From a bacterium (GTDB lineage: Bacteria > UBA8248): a stretch of 64,000 nucleotides of DNA. The position numbers were made by a program, and so were the translations under genes. The notes under the pieces are model-generated. The model made no database searches. It saw only the letters and a program-made list of their open reading frames with translations, and was not told the DNA's origin. Positions within the stretch are counted from its first letter, which is position 1; each line of letters starts with the position of its first letter. Below, piece by piece: positions 1 through 11,513 of the stretch. The DNA is taken from the NCBI GenBank assembly GCA_965219955.1, contig OZ244799.1, forward strand, positions 4,192,001-4,256,000. Direction: 5' to 3'.

Positions 1-1203
<1,203 letters not shown>

Positions 1204-1251
1204 AAAGTGGTTTCGCCTTCGTGGTTGATAGGCGAGTTATGAAAATATCGA

Positions 1252-2055
1252 TCAGTCATGGCGGTGGATAAATTCCAGGATGGACTCATTGAATTCGACC
1301 GGTTTCTCGATATATACGAAATGCCCCCCTTCATCAAAAATTTTCAGTTCAGCTCCAGGAATGGCTTCACTCAACTGATGAGAATAATACGGCGGAGTGA
1401 CGACGTCGTCTCTTGCAACGGCCACCAGCACCGGACCTGTGATTTGACCCAGGCGGTCCAACTGGTCATGTGCAATAATGCAGTCGATTCTCTCGGCCAT
1501 AATCTCGGCGGGAGGCGCGTTTGCGATCGATTGGTTTTCCTGCAATTGGATTTCCTGAAAATTGTCGGTGAAAAACTTCGGGCTATGCAAGGTGAATGTC
1601 GAGAATCTCGTGTAAGGTTCCCATCCCATCTCGAGCAGGACTTCTTTGCGCACGCTGAACTGGCGGGTGAAATATGCGTCGCTCTTGGGCCAGGAACTTA
1701 CGATAGAGCCGCTTTTGACACGCTCGGGATAGTCGATACACATGACTTGAATAATGGCTCCCCCCGTTGAACTACCGACGAGATGCGCTTGTTCTATTTC
1801 AAGGTCATTCATGATGGCGATAATATCTTTTGCCATGTTGGGGACGCTATAAACCCCACTCGGTTTCGCGCTTTTTCCCGTTCCCCTATGGTCATGAAGG
1901 ATAAGCGGTCTCGTAGCAGAAAAGGCGTCGATTTGCTTGGCCCATATACCGCGAATGCCGCCCAGCCCGGTGATTAAGAATACGGGCGTATCGGTATGCT
2001 GGGGGTTAATGACCTCATAATCTATTGCAACACCATCGGAATTAACGGTTGGCAT
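1252..2055 (-). CDS. Alpha/beta hydrolase, RutD-like
   Basis: LITGLGG, DHRGTG, GSSTGG nucleophile elbow, D..GGH catalytic motifs. Confidence 0.85.
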   Translation of the reverse strand: MPTVNSDGVAIDYEVINPQHTDTPVFLITGLGGIRGIWAKQIDAFSATRPLILHDHRGTGKSAKPSGVYSVPNMAKDIIAIMNDLEIEQAHLVGSSTGGAIIQVMCIDYPERVKSGSIVSSWPKSDAYFTRQFSVRKEVLLEMGWEPYTRFSTFTLHSPKFFTDNFQEIQLQENQSIANAPPAEIMAERIDCIIAHDQLDRLGQITGPVLVAVARDDVVTPPYYSHQLSEAIPGAELKIFDEGGHFVYIEKPVEFNESILEFIHRHD

Positions 2056-2114
2056 CGGAAAATTGTCCCCTTTTTCGTAATTGGTTGAAAATTATGCACA
2101 CAGAAGGCTGAAGA

Positions 2115-3557
2115 TTACTTTGCGAATTCGTTGAGAATAGCGCCGAGCTGATTTATTTCCTCTTCTCTAATGCATCGCAGGTCTAGTATCACTTTATCCT
2201 CGTGAATGCGTGCCACGACAGGTGGAGTCGCATTACGCAACTTGGTTTCCAATGATTTGGCGGAAAAGATTTTGGGAGATAATGTCACGGCATAACTATC
2301 GAGTTTCGCCAGGGGCATGGCCCCGCCGCCTACCATCCCCGTAGTTTCTTCCACCTTGGCGCCGAACACGGAACAAGCATGTTCCCCCATCAGATTCATC
2401 AGGGATTCCGCCTGTTTATTTAGTTTTTCCCGGTTGGTGGACAACATTTGAAGGGTCGGGATCTGGTTGTGGGCGGCATCAGGATCAAGATATGCCCTGA
2501 GTGTCGCCTCCAAGGCGGCGAGCGTCAGCTTATCGAGCCTGAGGATGCGCATGAGCGGGTGTTTTTTCATTTTCTCTACCCATAATGCCTTGCCTACAAC
2601 AATGCCTGCCTGTGGGCCACCGAGAAGCTTGTCCCCGGAAAAGGTTACCACATCGATTCCTGCTTGAATTGATTCTATGGCGGTGGGTTCATGCGGCAGA
2701 CCATCAATTTGTAGAAGCGAACCGCTCCCGAGATCTTCCAGCGTGGGCACATTTGTATCCCTGCTGAGGTCTGAGAGTTCATCGCGAGATACTTCTTCCG
2801 TGAAGCCGACAATCCTGTAATTACTGGTATGCGCTTTCAGCAGCAAAGCCGTATCTTGGGTGATGGCGTTGCGGTAATCGAATATCCTCGTTTTGTTCGT
2901 CGTCCCTACTTCTACTAATTTTGCGCCGCTTTGGCGCATGATATCCGGTATCCGGAAAGAACCGCCTATTTCGACCAACTCGCCTCGTGAAACGATCACT
3001 TCAGCGGAATGGGCCATCGTATGAATCGCAAACATCACGGCTGCGGCATTGTTGTTGACGACCAGTGCCGCCTCCGCCCCTGTCAGTTGGCAAAGAAGAG
3101 ATTCCACGTCAGACCCTCTTTTCCCTCTCTGCCCGAGGTTCAAATCGAATTCCAGATTTGAATATCCTTGCGCTACCTCATCTAGTGCCGCCCTCGCTGC
3201 CTCACTTAACGGGGCTCGACCCAGATTTGTGTGCAGCACGATTCCTGTGGCGTTGATGACTTTTTTTAACCCAAGTTGTTTATTCGAGGTAAGGATTTGT
3301 TTTGCTTCATTTAGAACGATATCTCGAAGCGTTTGCTCGGACAGCGATGCGTTTTCCTCGGCATTCGGGGATTCCTGGTTCATTTGATCGAGCAGAAGCT
3401 GCCTATTCACGCCGATCGCTTTTCTGACGGCATCGGCCAGAGCAGCGTCTGATGAGCCATTGGCACCGTCATTTTTGAGACGGGTGACGATTTCATCCAC
3501 CGAGGGCAATAGTCGAAACAGCCTGGATTGAATATTTCGAGCGTTAGGAGAAGTCAT
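2115..3557 (-). CDS. selA: L-seryl-tRNA(Sec) selenium transferase
   Basis: VINATGIVLHTNLGRA, VNNNAAA, EIGGSFRIP, FSGDKLLGGPQAG (PLP Lys). Start chosen at ATG 3557 (AAGGGA upstream). Confidence 0.95.
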   Translation of the reverse strand: MTSPNARNIQSRLFRLLPSVDEIVTRLKNDGANGSSDAALADAVRKAIGVNRQLLLDQMNQESPNAEENASLSEQTLRDIVLNEAKQILTSNKQLGLKKVINATGIVLHTNLGRAPLSEAARAALDEVAQGYSNLEFDLNLGQRGKRGSDVESLLCQLTGAEAALVVNNNAAAVMFAIHTMAHSAEVIVSRGELVEIGGSFRIPDIMRQSGAKLVEVGTTNKTRIFDYRNAITQDTALLLKAHTSNYRIVGFTEEVSRDELSDLSRDTNVPTLEDLGSGSLLQIDGLPHEPTAIESIQAGIDVVTFSGDKLLGGPQAGIVVGKALWVEKMKKHPLMRILRLDKLTLAALEATLRAYLDPDAAHNQIPTLQMLSTNREKLNKQAESLMNLMGEHACSVFGAKVEETTGMVGGGAMPLAKLDSYAVTLSPKIFSAKSLETKLRNATPPVVARIHEDKVILDLRCIREEEINQLGAILNEFAK

Positions 3558-3714
3558 GCCGCATCCCTTATATGAATACGATGGATGACTATAAGATTGC
3601 AGGTTTTGAATGGTCAAGTCGCCAATATCAAGGTTGGCTCAGGAGTCATTATGTTATGAATATGGGTCAATTCTCGTGTGCCGGATGGAGGGATTTTATC
3701 GATTTGAACTCATC

Positions 3715-3743
3715 TTGACACCCGCCCGACCCCTTGCTAGTGT
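3715..3743 (+). promoter_or_regulatory. Sigma70-like promoter
   Basis: TTGACA-N17-TAGTGT about 100 bp upstream of the 3842 start. Confidence 0.55.
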
Positions 3744-3841
3744 TCGCGCACAAATCCCGGCAAGCCTATGAGATTTAACTAGCTGTTTACATTTCGTTCA
3801 ATTTGATTTGGCTTCTCCGAACTTCAAAAACAGGGTAGTAC

Positions 3842-4741
3842 ATGAACTCGCCCCAGAATCAGCCTTCCATTTTTGTTCCGGATAAAAATAAGGTTGTTAT
3901 TCCCTTTATGCGCGATGTTTTTACGATTCCCACGAATTCTCGCCATAAGCCCAAGCTCATCGGCTCTGTCTGCAAGGAATGCGAAGAATATTTTTTCCCG
4001 AAAACCGGTTCGAAAACGACTTGCGACAACCCGGTTTGTCCGCGCAGCACGAGCGAAGTGCTTTTAAGCGGGAAGGGCAAGCTTCTTTCGGCCACGATTA
4101 CGCGTTCCTCCGCAGATGGACACCTGGAACATGTTTCTGCCGTGATACTCCTGGATGAGGGAATAAAGATAAATTCCCACTTGATAGACTGGGAAGGCTA
4201 TCGGGACATGCTGGTTCCAGGTTCTCCGGTGGAACTCGTGTTGCAGGACCTCGGAGAGAATGAATGGCGTGAAACGCAGGTGGGGTATGCCTTTCGCCTG
4301 GTGACGGGACGCAAAAAACCCGTTTTCCCGCCCACCGAAGAAGAAAAACGAGCAGCCGAGGCGGCGCGGGCGGAAAGCGGGAAAAGGTCGAAGAGACAAC
4401 AGGCGCGGCGGAAAAAAGAAGCCCCCCAAAAAGCGGCGCCGGAGAAAAAGCGAACGCCAGCCAGGAAAACGGCGGCGGCGAAGAGTAAAGCGGCCGGCGC
4501 TAGAGCGAAAGCGCCTGCCGTTAAGAAGAAAGCGGCGACGACGCGGAAAACAGCGGCCAAAAAGAAAACGGGCGCCGCCAAGGCCGCGAATACGACGAAC
4601 AGGAGCGCCACAGCCAGCAAAGCCGCCGCAGGCAAGGCGGCCGGGGCGAAGGCACCGAAGAAAACTGCTGCGAAGACAACAACGGCGAAAAACACCACCC
4701 GGAAGAAAACGGCCTCCAAAACCACCAGAAAACGCCGCTAG
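3842..4741 (+). CDS. DUF35-like Zn-ribbon/OB-fold protein fused to Lys/Ala-rich histone H1-like tail
   Basis: CKEC...FP...CDNPVC zinc ribbon, LSGKGKL OB-fold start, VGYAFR end motif, then about 130 aa K/A/T/R low-complexity tail. Confidence 0.7.
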   Translation: MNSPQNQPSIFVPDKNKVVIPFMRDVFTIPTNSRHKPKLIGSVCKECEEYFFPKTGSKTTCDNPVCPRSTSEVLLSGKGKLLSATITRSSADGHLEHVSAVILLDEGIKINSHLIDWEGYRDMLVPGSPVELVLQDLGENEWRETQVGYAFRLVTGRKKPVFPPTEEEKRAAEAARAESGKRSKRQQARRKKEAPQKAAPEKKRTPARKTAAAKSKAAGARAKAPAVKKKAATTRKTAAKKKTGAAKAANTTNRSATASKAAAGKAAGAKAPKKTAAKTTTAKNTTRKKTASKTTRKRR

Positions 4742-4759
4742 AGAGCATTTTCCCATCCG

Positions 4760-5926
4760 ATGCCACTCCTCCAGGGTCTGAAGGTCATCGACGCCAGCCA
4801 GTTCAATGCCGGGCCCATCGTATCGCTCTATCTGGCGGGCTATGGCGCTGAGGTCATCAAGGTGGAGCGCCCCGGCGGGGAGGACAGCCGCGCCATCGGT
4901 CCTTTCAAGAACGGCGAGAGCAGCTACTTCATGAGCTTGAACCGCGGCAAACGCTCCATCACGCTGAATCTCAAAACCCCCGAAGGCGTCGAAGTTTTCA
5001 AGAAGCTCTGCCGGGAGGCGGACGTCGTGGTGGAAAACCTCCTCCCGGGCGTGATGGACCGTCTGGGCGTCGGCTGGGAGGTTCTCAAGGCCGAAAACCC
5101 CGGGCTCGTATACGGCGCGGTGTCCGGCTTCGGCCAGACCGGAAAAAACGCGAGACGCCCCGCTTTCGACAGCCTCTTGCAAGCCGCGGGCGGCCTCATC
5201 AGCGTGACAGGGCCCGTGGGCGGGGAGCCCGTGCGCGTCGGGGTATCGATCGTCGACGTGACGAGCGGCCTTTATCTTCTTTCCGGGATTCTCACCGCCC
5301 TTTGGAGAAGGGAGCGCACCGGAGAGGGCACCCGCGTCGACGCCTCGATGATGGGCGCGACCGTCAACATCATGGAGAATCCGGTGTCGCGCCACGCCTT
5401 CACCGGCCAGGTGCCTGAACCGGAAGGACTTTCCCATCCGGTGGTCTCTCCTTTCTCGGGCTACCGCACCAGGGACGGCCTCCTGTACGTTGCGATATCG
5501 AACACGAACCGCTACCGCGTATTCGTCGAAGCCCTTGAAAAGCCTGCGCTTGCGGACGATCCCCGCTTCCGGGAGAACAAGGACCGCGTGGCGAACGACG
5601 CCGCCCTGCGCGCGATCCTGGAGGAAATCCTCACCCGGAATACGACCGCCGAGTGGGAGGAACTCCTTGTTCCTCAAGGGGTTACGGTGAGCGCCATCAA
5701 CGACGTGGCGCAGGTGAAGGAGCGCTTCCCCGAGGCCTTCGTGGAGGTCGACCACCCCGCTGCGGGGCCGGGCCTCATGCCCGCCTCCCCGGTCGCCTTC
5801 GGCGGCGTAACGCCTGATTTATCAAGGCCTTCACCGATGCTGGGCGAGCACACCGAAGAGATCCTCGCCGAGGTCGGCTATGGCGCGGAGGAAATCGCCC
5901 GCCTGCGCGCCACAGGCGTCGTGTAA
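4760..5926 (+). CDS. Family III CoA transferase (CaiB/BaiF)
   Basis: GLKVIDASQ..AGP, GAEVIKVERP.GE, NRGKRSITLNLK, C-terminal PMLGEHT. Confidence 0.92.
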   Translation: MPLLQGLKVIDASQFNAGPIVSLYLAGYGAEVIKVERPGGEDSRAIGPFKNGESSYFMSLNRGKRSITLNLKTPEGVEVFKKLCREADVVVENLLPGVMDRLGVGWEVLKAENPGLVYGAVSGFGQTGKNARRPAFDSLLQAAGGLISVTGPVGGEPVRVGVSIVDVTSGLYLLSGILTALWRRERTGEGTRVDASMMGATVNIMENPVSRHAFTGQVPEPEGLSHPVVSPFSGYRTRDGLLYVAISNTNRYRVFVEALEKPALADDPRFRENKDRVANDAALRAILEEILTRNTTAEWEELLVPQGVTVSAINDVAQVKERFPEAFVEVDHPAAGPGLMPASPVAFGGVTPDLSRPSPMLGEHTEEILAEVGYGAEEIARLRATGVV

Positions 5927-6450
5927 CCGGGATAACCTGCTGTTATTCAACCATTTGTCGAAGAATAGCCTTGCTCCTGACGGGAGGGGGGGATCGGACT
6001 TGTCCGTGCACTTCACCCCCGCAATTGCGCGCATTTCCCCTCGTAAATTTGCGTGAATGTATCGAAAAACCCCGTGAATTTATCCAATTTTATCTGAATT
6101 TATCGAATTTTTCAGGAATTCCCGAGGGCCGCTGAGAGGCGTGCTCGTGCGCTGCGGCCGGAGCTCCGGGAATCGCCGGCCGGCGAAGCGCGCCGGATGA
6201 GAGACTCCGCGCGGGCGATGCGGCAGGTCTCTGGGCGACGCTGGGGATTCGAAACGTCTCATAGCCTTCTCCGTATTCTGAAACGATGCGCCGGGCGTGG
6301 CGTCTCGCGCCGGATATCCCTTCTCTTCCCGGCGTGAAAAACCCGGCCCTTTCACGCGGCGCGGGCCGTGGTGTATTCTGGGCGTTGGGCGGATTTCACC
6401 GGACGAGCAACTGCGGGCAAATGCGCGCGGGGTGGAACCGACCGGGGGGG

Positions 6451-6980
6451 GGGCTGTTCAGAAAGCCCTGAGCGGCGACCGTAGGGACAGGCCTCTGTGC
6501 CTGTCCGAGACCCTGACAAAGGACAACCACGGAGGGTTGTCCCTACGGGGCCATTGAAAAAGCCTCGTCGGGAGCGGGCGGCATTGGGGTTACGCGGCGG
6601 CACTCCTTCCTGCCGCGCAGGCGGCCATAAACCTCATCCTGAGTAGGCGCGCAAGCGCCGTATCGAAGGATGGGAGGCGTTTCCCGTCGTGCAGAGCAAT
6701 CGCCTTCCGCATTGGGCGCGATTGACTTTCGACATGCTCAGGACCGCCCTTCGATACGCGGCTTCGCCGCTACTCAGGGTGAGGGTGCCGGAAACTTCAC
6801 TCCCCCCTTGAGGGGGTCGGGCTTCCCGAGGGGAAAGCCCGACAGAAGCCGAGCGTTTTTTGCGAAGGCTGATGCGGTGGGGGGTAAAATGCACTTTATC
6901 GCCATTGCGAATTATACCCCCCACCGAATCGCTTGCGGGCTTACGCCCTTAGCTCTTTGACTCCCCCTCAAGGGGGGAGT
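6451..6980. repeat. Composite repeat cluster: GTAG-type REP, CTGAGTAG/TATCGAAGG-type REP doublet, CACTCCCCCCTTGAGGGG element
   Basis: GTAGGGACAGGCC.. at 6481; CTCATCCTGAGTAG..CGTATCGAAGG / CCTTCGATACG..CTACTCAGG at about 6633-6785; element 6798-6980. All recur elsewhere in the window. Confidence 0.85.
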
Positions 6981-7050
6981 TGATTCGAAATTCTGGTCGG
7001 TGGAGGGCGATCCTCAGAGCGGTAAAACCCAACCCCCCGGGAGTATTCAC

Positions 7051-7464
7051 ATGCTCATCGTGAACGAGAGGCTCAAAATCCCGCTGCGCGAAATCCACTT
7101 CCAGTTCGCGCGCGCGGGCGGCCCCGGCGGGCAGAACGTCAACAAGGTCTCGACCAAGGCGGTGCTGCGCTGGAACATGGCGGCTTCGAAGAGCGCGCCC
7201 GAGGGGGTGAAGGCGAGGCTCCGGGCGCGCCACCCGCGCCGCGTGACGCGGGAGGGAGAAGTCGTCATCGCGAGCAGCCGCTTCCGCGACCAGGGCCGGA
7301 ACGTCGCCGACTGCCTCGAAAAGCTGCGCGCCGCCCTGGCCGCCGCCGCCGACCCGCCCAAACCGCGCCGCCCCACGCGCCCCACCCGTCTTTCCAAAGA
7401 GAAACGCCTCAAGGACAAGCGCCAGCGCGCCGAGAAGAAGAGGATGAGGGGGAAGGTGGGGTAG
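7051..7464 (+). CDS. arfB: Alternative ribosome rescue peptidyl-tRNA hydrolase ArfB (YaeJ)
   Basis: RAGGPGGQNVNK GGQ motif; basic tail RRPTRPT..KEKRLKDKR. Confidence 0.93.
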   Translation: MLIVNERLKIPLREIHFQFARAGGPGGQNVNKVSTKAVLRWNMAASKSAPEGVKARLRARHPRRVTREGEVVIASSRFRDQGRNVADCLEKLRAALAAAADPPKPRRPTRPTRLSKEKRLKDKRQRAEKKRMRGKVG

Positions 7465-7485
7465 GGGGGCTACAAGTAGCGCAAG

Positions 7486-7929
7486 TTATTTGTCCGCTTC
7501 GGGCGACAAAAAGCCGGTGAGTCGGGATTCGAGTTTGGACTCGTCTTCCGTTTCGCACTCCCACACGACCAGCGCATTCCAGCCGAGTTGACGTAGGTCT
7601 TCTATCTTCCGACGATCACGAGCCATGTTCTGCCGGAATTTCTCTTCCCAGAAGTCGGTTCGTGTTTTCGGGGTGGTGGTGCGGCGGCATCCTTCGTGCC
7701 TGTGCCAGAAACAGCCGTGAACGAAAATCGCCTTTTGGCGTGAGATAAAACAGATGTCGGGTGTTCCAGGGAGGTCTTTTCTGTGCAGACGATAGCGGTA
7801 GCCGAGGCCGTGCAACAACTTTCGAACGATCAACTCCGGCTTGGTGTTCTTCTGGCCGACGCGCGCCATGAGCGCGCTGCGCTCCGGTGATGGTTCGGCC
7901 TCAATCGGCGGCTTCTTCATCAGATGCAA
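7486..7929 (-). CDS. vsr: Very short patch repair endonuclease
   Basis: RSALMARV..KNTKPEL, LPGTPDI, FVHGCFWH, VVWECE. Confidence 0.95.
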   Translation of the reverse strand: MHLMKKPPIEAEPSPERSALMARVGQKNTKPELIVRKLLHGLGYRYRLHRKDLPGTPDICFISRQKAIFVHGCFWHRHEGCRRTTTPKTRTDFWEEKFRQNMARDRRKIEDLRQLGWNALVVWECETEDESKLESRLTGFLSPEADK

Positions 7930-9886
7930 TTTTTTCCAGTAACTGTACCAGAGTGTTCCTCTTTTCCTCGGCTTTCAGGAAGTCTTTGTACGAATTTCTA
8001 GCTCGATCTAGCATTTCATCATAAGTCATCAGTCGGCCATTATTTGGGGCAAGAGACTCGTCAGCTCTTTTCCGACTTTCTGCGGATTGCAGAAAATCCT
8101 GTTCTGGTCCCACCAAACATACAATCTCGTGTGCATCGTATGGCTCATTGACTTTAGTGAGTCCACTTCGTAGAGCGTTCGAGTATTTTACGATCTGGTC
8201 GACCAGTTCTCCCACCGTGACCTTACGGTTATATCGTTTCAATTCGACTACGATATGCCGCGTTGCGCCCTTTCGATAGACGATGTCGAAACGGGCATCC
8301 CTTTCTTTTTGGGGAAGTTTCTCGGCAGCTTCAACCAGATATTTCTTGACGGTTTTTTCAGTCTCCACGGGCTCGGTCGCCATATCCCAGGATGGATCGA
8401 GCAACCAGAGATGTTTGGCTAGGTAATCGCGGATCAGCGCTTCAATTTCATTTTTGTGGAGATATCTTTCTTCGAGGGCTCTGATTACTTCGACCCGTCC
8501 TCTGGCTACGTCGTAGTACAACGCTGCTTCGTATTGATCGAATTCCTGGAAGGCCCGAAGCACGGTTTCAACATTGTCGGTTGCCAAACCCTCGAGTTCA
8601 CGCAGTCGGCCTCGCGCGTCGAAAATCTGGTGGGCAACTATAGCTTGCTTGAAATGTTCCCGTTTCTTGTCTTCCTCGTCTTCGTAGATATTGTTGATGG
8701 AGCCGAACAACTTTCTTGCGGCCTCCCGCCTGTCATGGTTCAACCCTTCCAGCCAATCTTCGAGTGCAGGAATGAGCCTGATGGCTTCTTCCTCGGCTTT
8801 CTCCCGTTTGAAGCGCGCACGATCATTGATGACTTTCCGAATGAGTCGCCCCAATACCTTGACGAGATATTCGTACCGTTCGTCTTCTTCGAGAAATCCT
8901 TGACGGCCACTCGTCGCAATGTCGTCTAAGGTGTCTTCGTCCATGAAATCGGCATGAATTTCACCGACAATGTATTTGGAAGCCAATTCCCGAACGCCGA
9001 GACTCGCTAACAGATCCGGACAAGCCATCTTTTCTCGCACCATCAGGACGATGTTATTCGCGTTGTTATCGTTCCGAGTGAGGTCTTGGCTTCGGTGGGC
9101 TGTTCCGATCCAGCCCTTGATTGCTGGTTCGTCGGACTCCAGTTCGAGTTCCTTGGTTTGCTTTGCTCTTTTCGAGATTTCGACTGCTTCCGTCCACTCG
9201 CCATCCGTTCCAATGGTCCAGAGGTATTCGACGAGTTCCAAATAACCTCGGTCTTGAATAGTTAATGGCTGGTTGGAAATTTTAACTTCGAACCCCATAT
9301 CTTGCCCAATCGTGAAAAAACGACGCGCCAGTCGTTTCCGTAATTCACTCCCGAACCGGACGCGATCTCTGTTGAGATCCATCAAGGTGATCCGGGTTCC
9401 TTTCGGGAAGTTCCAGTTCCCGTCGATATCATCCGGCCGATACCGAGCTCGGCCATCCGGCGCGTTTTCGATTTCCTCTTTTATCTTTTCCACATCCAAC
9501 AGAATGGCTGTTTTTTCACCGTCTTTGATGGTTTCGACCGTAACTTTATTTGCGATGGAAAAGAGGGATAACTTGCCGATTCCCTTTCGCCCCATCGGCT
9601 TGCGACCCCCTGGACTGCTCGTTCTACCCGCACGACGGCGTTTATGTCCGACCGTTAAGTAGAAACTCTGCATTTCTTTTCGGGTCATGCCGATTCCGTC
9701 ATCCGTAATGGTGAACTGTCGAGTTTCATCGTCATAATCGATGTTGACGAGATTGGCGTCCGCGTCCCAAGCGTTTGCGACGACTTCGGCAAGGACGGCG
9801 GGGACATTGCCGTATAGATTGATGCCGAGGTCCTCAAGGACGCTCATGCTGATCAGGAGTTCGAGTGGTTGTTTGTTATTCGACAC
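7901..9886 (-). CDS. GHKL (MORC-like) ATPase fused to PD-(D/E)xK nuclease; HgiDII/BbrUII-like restriction enzyme
   Basis: EVVANAWDADA, DDGIGM, GRKGIGK GHKL motifs; C-terminal RFDI..VVELKR; lies between a C5 methylase and vsr. Confidence 0.8.
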   Translation of the reverse strand: MSNNKQPLELLISMSVLEDLGINLYGNVPAVLAEVVANAWDADANLVNIDYDDETRQFTITDDGIGMTRKEMQSFYLTVGHKRRRAGRTSSPGGRKPMGRKGIGKLSLFSIANKVTVETIKDGEKTAILLDVEKIKEEIENAPDGRARYRPDDIDGNWNFPKGTRITLMDLNRDRVRFGSELRKRLARRFFTIGQDMGFEVKISNQPLTIQDRGYLELVEYLWTIGTDGEWTEAVEISKRAKQTKELELESDEPAIKGWIGTAHRSQDLTRNDNNANNIVLMVREKMACPDLLASLGVRELASKYIVGEIHADFMDEDTLDDIATSGRQGFLEEDERYEYLVKVLGRLIRKVINDRARFKREKAEEEAIRLIPALEDWLEGLNHDRREAARKLFGSINNIYEDEEDKKREHFKQAIVAHQIFDARGRLRELEGLATDNVETVLRAFQEFDQYEAALYYDVARGRVEVIRALEERYLHKNEIEALIRDYLAKHLWLLDPSWDMATEPVETEKTVKKYLVEAAEKLPQKERDARFDIVYRKGATRHIVVELKRYNRKVTVGELVDQIVKYSNALRSGLTKVNEPYDAHEIVCLVGPEQDFLQSAESRKRADESLAPNNGRLMTYDEMLDRARNSYKDFLKAEEKRNTLVQLLEKIASDEEAAD

Positions 9887-10950
9887 TAAGCGAATTCCTT
9901 CAAGTGCCGCTTGATTGACCGCGCGATAGCCCTCGCCAGCAGGACAGGCACGGCGTTCCCGATCATCCGGCCCAACTTCTTGAACTGCACGGGGTCTTCG
10001 GGTTTTACGAAAGCGTAATCGGATGGAAACGACTGGAGAATCGCGCCTTCACGTAACGATATCGCCCGGTCCTGTTCCGGGTGCCCGAATCTCCCGTTGC
10101 CGAACCCGAAGAACTGGGTCGTGATGGTCGGGGAAGGAGCTTCCCACTCCATTCGCCCGTAGACGGATGCGTACCCGCGCCCGGTCGTCGCCTTGTGGCA
10201 ATCCGCGACAAGTTCGTCTTCCCAATCACGCCAACTTCCCCCTGCTGTTGCCGCTTGAATGCGTTTCAGGTTGAGTGGCGATAGCCTGCTGCTGCGGTGA
10301 AGCGGGTCTTCGGGGTCCACGCCGCCCGCATTGAGTTTCGGGAGATTTTTGATGGCTTGGGAGACGGTTTCGTGTCGTGATGAATCGTGCGTGGGTTGTT
10401 CCAGTTCTATCTCGCCCAACAAGGATGCCAGAAGCACGAGGCGTGAGCGTTGCTGGGGTACGCCGTAATCGGGTGCGAACGCGATTCGCCAATCGACGTG
10501 ATAGCCTGCTCCTTCGAGAGTTTCGACGAAGCTCTCGAAAACTTCACCTTCTCTGAACCGTATCAAGCGCGGCACGTTCTCCATCGAGACCACCAATGGT
10601 TTCGTCTCGACGATGATCCGGGCGAATTCTCCCAATAGTTCCCATTGCGGATCCGAGTTCTTCTGGTTGTAGATGGAAAACGGCTGGCATGGCGCGCAAC
10701 CTACGAGTACCGAGGGCAGGTCGGGTGTGAAAAGCTCATCAAGCGTCTCGCCGTCGAGCGAGGCGATGTCCTTGCGTATGAAAGTCGCTTCGTTGTTGTG
10801 TTCGAAGGGATAGCGGCAATCTTCGTCCGTATCGACCCCTGCGGCGATCTCGAACCCTTCCTGCAAAAAGCCGTGTGAGAGTCCTCCCGCACCGCAGAAG
10901 AGGTCGACGACACTCCCGGCATACACATGAGTCACGCTTTGCTCGGCCAC
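9886..10950 (-). CDS. DNA (cytosine-5)-methyltransferase, M.HgiDII-like
   Basis: DLFCGAGG, CAPCQ, MENV, PQQRSR, GNAVP; variable region YGRMEW..PTITTQ..GNGRFGHPEQDRAISLRE resembles M.HgiDII as recalled. Confidence 0.93.
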   Translation of the reverse strand: MAEQSVTHVYAGSVVDLFCGAGGLSHGFLQEGFEIAAGVDTDEDCRYPFEHNNEATFIRKDIASLDGETLDELFTPDLPSVLVGCAPCQPFSIYNQKNSDPQWELLGEFARIIVETKPLVVSMENVPRLIRFREGEVFESFVETLEGAGYHVDWRIAFAPDYGVPQQRSRLVLLASLLGEIELEQPTHDSSRHETVSQAIKNLPKLNAGGVDPEDPLHRSSRLSPLNLKRIQAATAGGSWRDWEDELVADCHKATTGRGYASVYGRMEWEAPSPTITTQFFGFGNGRFGHPEQDRAISLREGAILQSFPSDYAFVKPEDPVQFKKLGRMIGNAVPVLLARAIARSIKRHLKEFA

Positions 10951-11123
10951 TTACTGTTCCTCTTGCGAGAACAACTCGATGCACGAGTCCCCGCCATGCA
11001 CCACCCCCCTTGAGTGTCTCGTGAGTCGCTTTTCCTGATTGAGATTACCACGCATGAATTGACCTCGCTAGTTCAAGGTTCCTTGATGCGATCTTTCTTG
11101 ACATATCTTCCCCAAACATGCGC

Positions 11124-11154
11124 TTGACAACATATGTATCTCAAAACATATTAT
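11124..11154 (+). promoter_or_regulatory. Promoter with palindromic operator upstream of XRE gene
   Basis: TTGACA at 11124 overlapping TATGT-N8-ACATA inverted repeat. Confidence 0.45.
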
Positions 11155-11177
11155 GCGCTCGCCCTGTCTTTTCGTGA

Positions 11178-11513
11178 GTGAAAACCATGCCCGCAAACGT
11201 AGACGACAAAATCAAAAAGCTGAGCGCCTCGCAACGCAAAAAAGTCAAAGCGCGGGCGGCGGCGTTGCTCGCCGAGGAGATGACGCTGCGCGATCTCAGA
11301 AAGGCGCGGGAGTTGACTCAGGCGCGCATGGCGGAGCAGTTGGGGATCACGCAGGACGGCGTATCGAGGCTCGAGAAGCGAAGCGACCTGTTGCTCTCCA
11401 CGCTCAGAAAAAGCGTCGAGGCGATGGGCGGGCGCCTCTCGCTCGTCGCCGAATTTCCCGACCGCGCCCCGGTCGTGCTCACGGGTATCGCGGGGGATGA
11501 GCCGCCTGGTTGA
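11178..11513 (+). CDS. XRE-family HTH protein (HigA-like antitoxin), no adjacent toxin
   Basis: LRDLRKARELTQ..LGITQDGVSRLEKRSDLLLSTLR..VEAMGG is typical of HigA partners of Gp49/HigB toxins. Confidence 0.85.
   Translation: MKTMPANVDDKIKKLSASQRKKVKARAAALLAEEMTLRDLRKARELTQARMAEQLGITQDGVSRLEKRSDLLLSTLRKSVEAMGGRLSLVAEFPDRAPVVLTGIAGDEPPG

Noticed and set aside
3558-3841. tRNA-Sec (selC) next to selA
   Set aside because: No cloverleaf with a TCA anticodon could be recognised.
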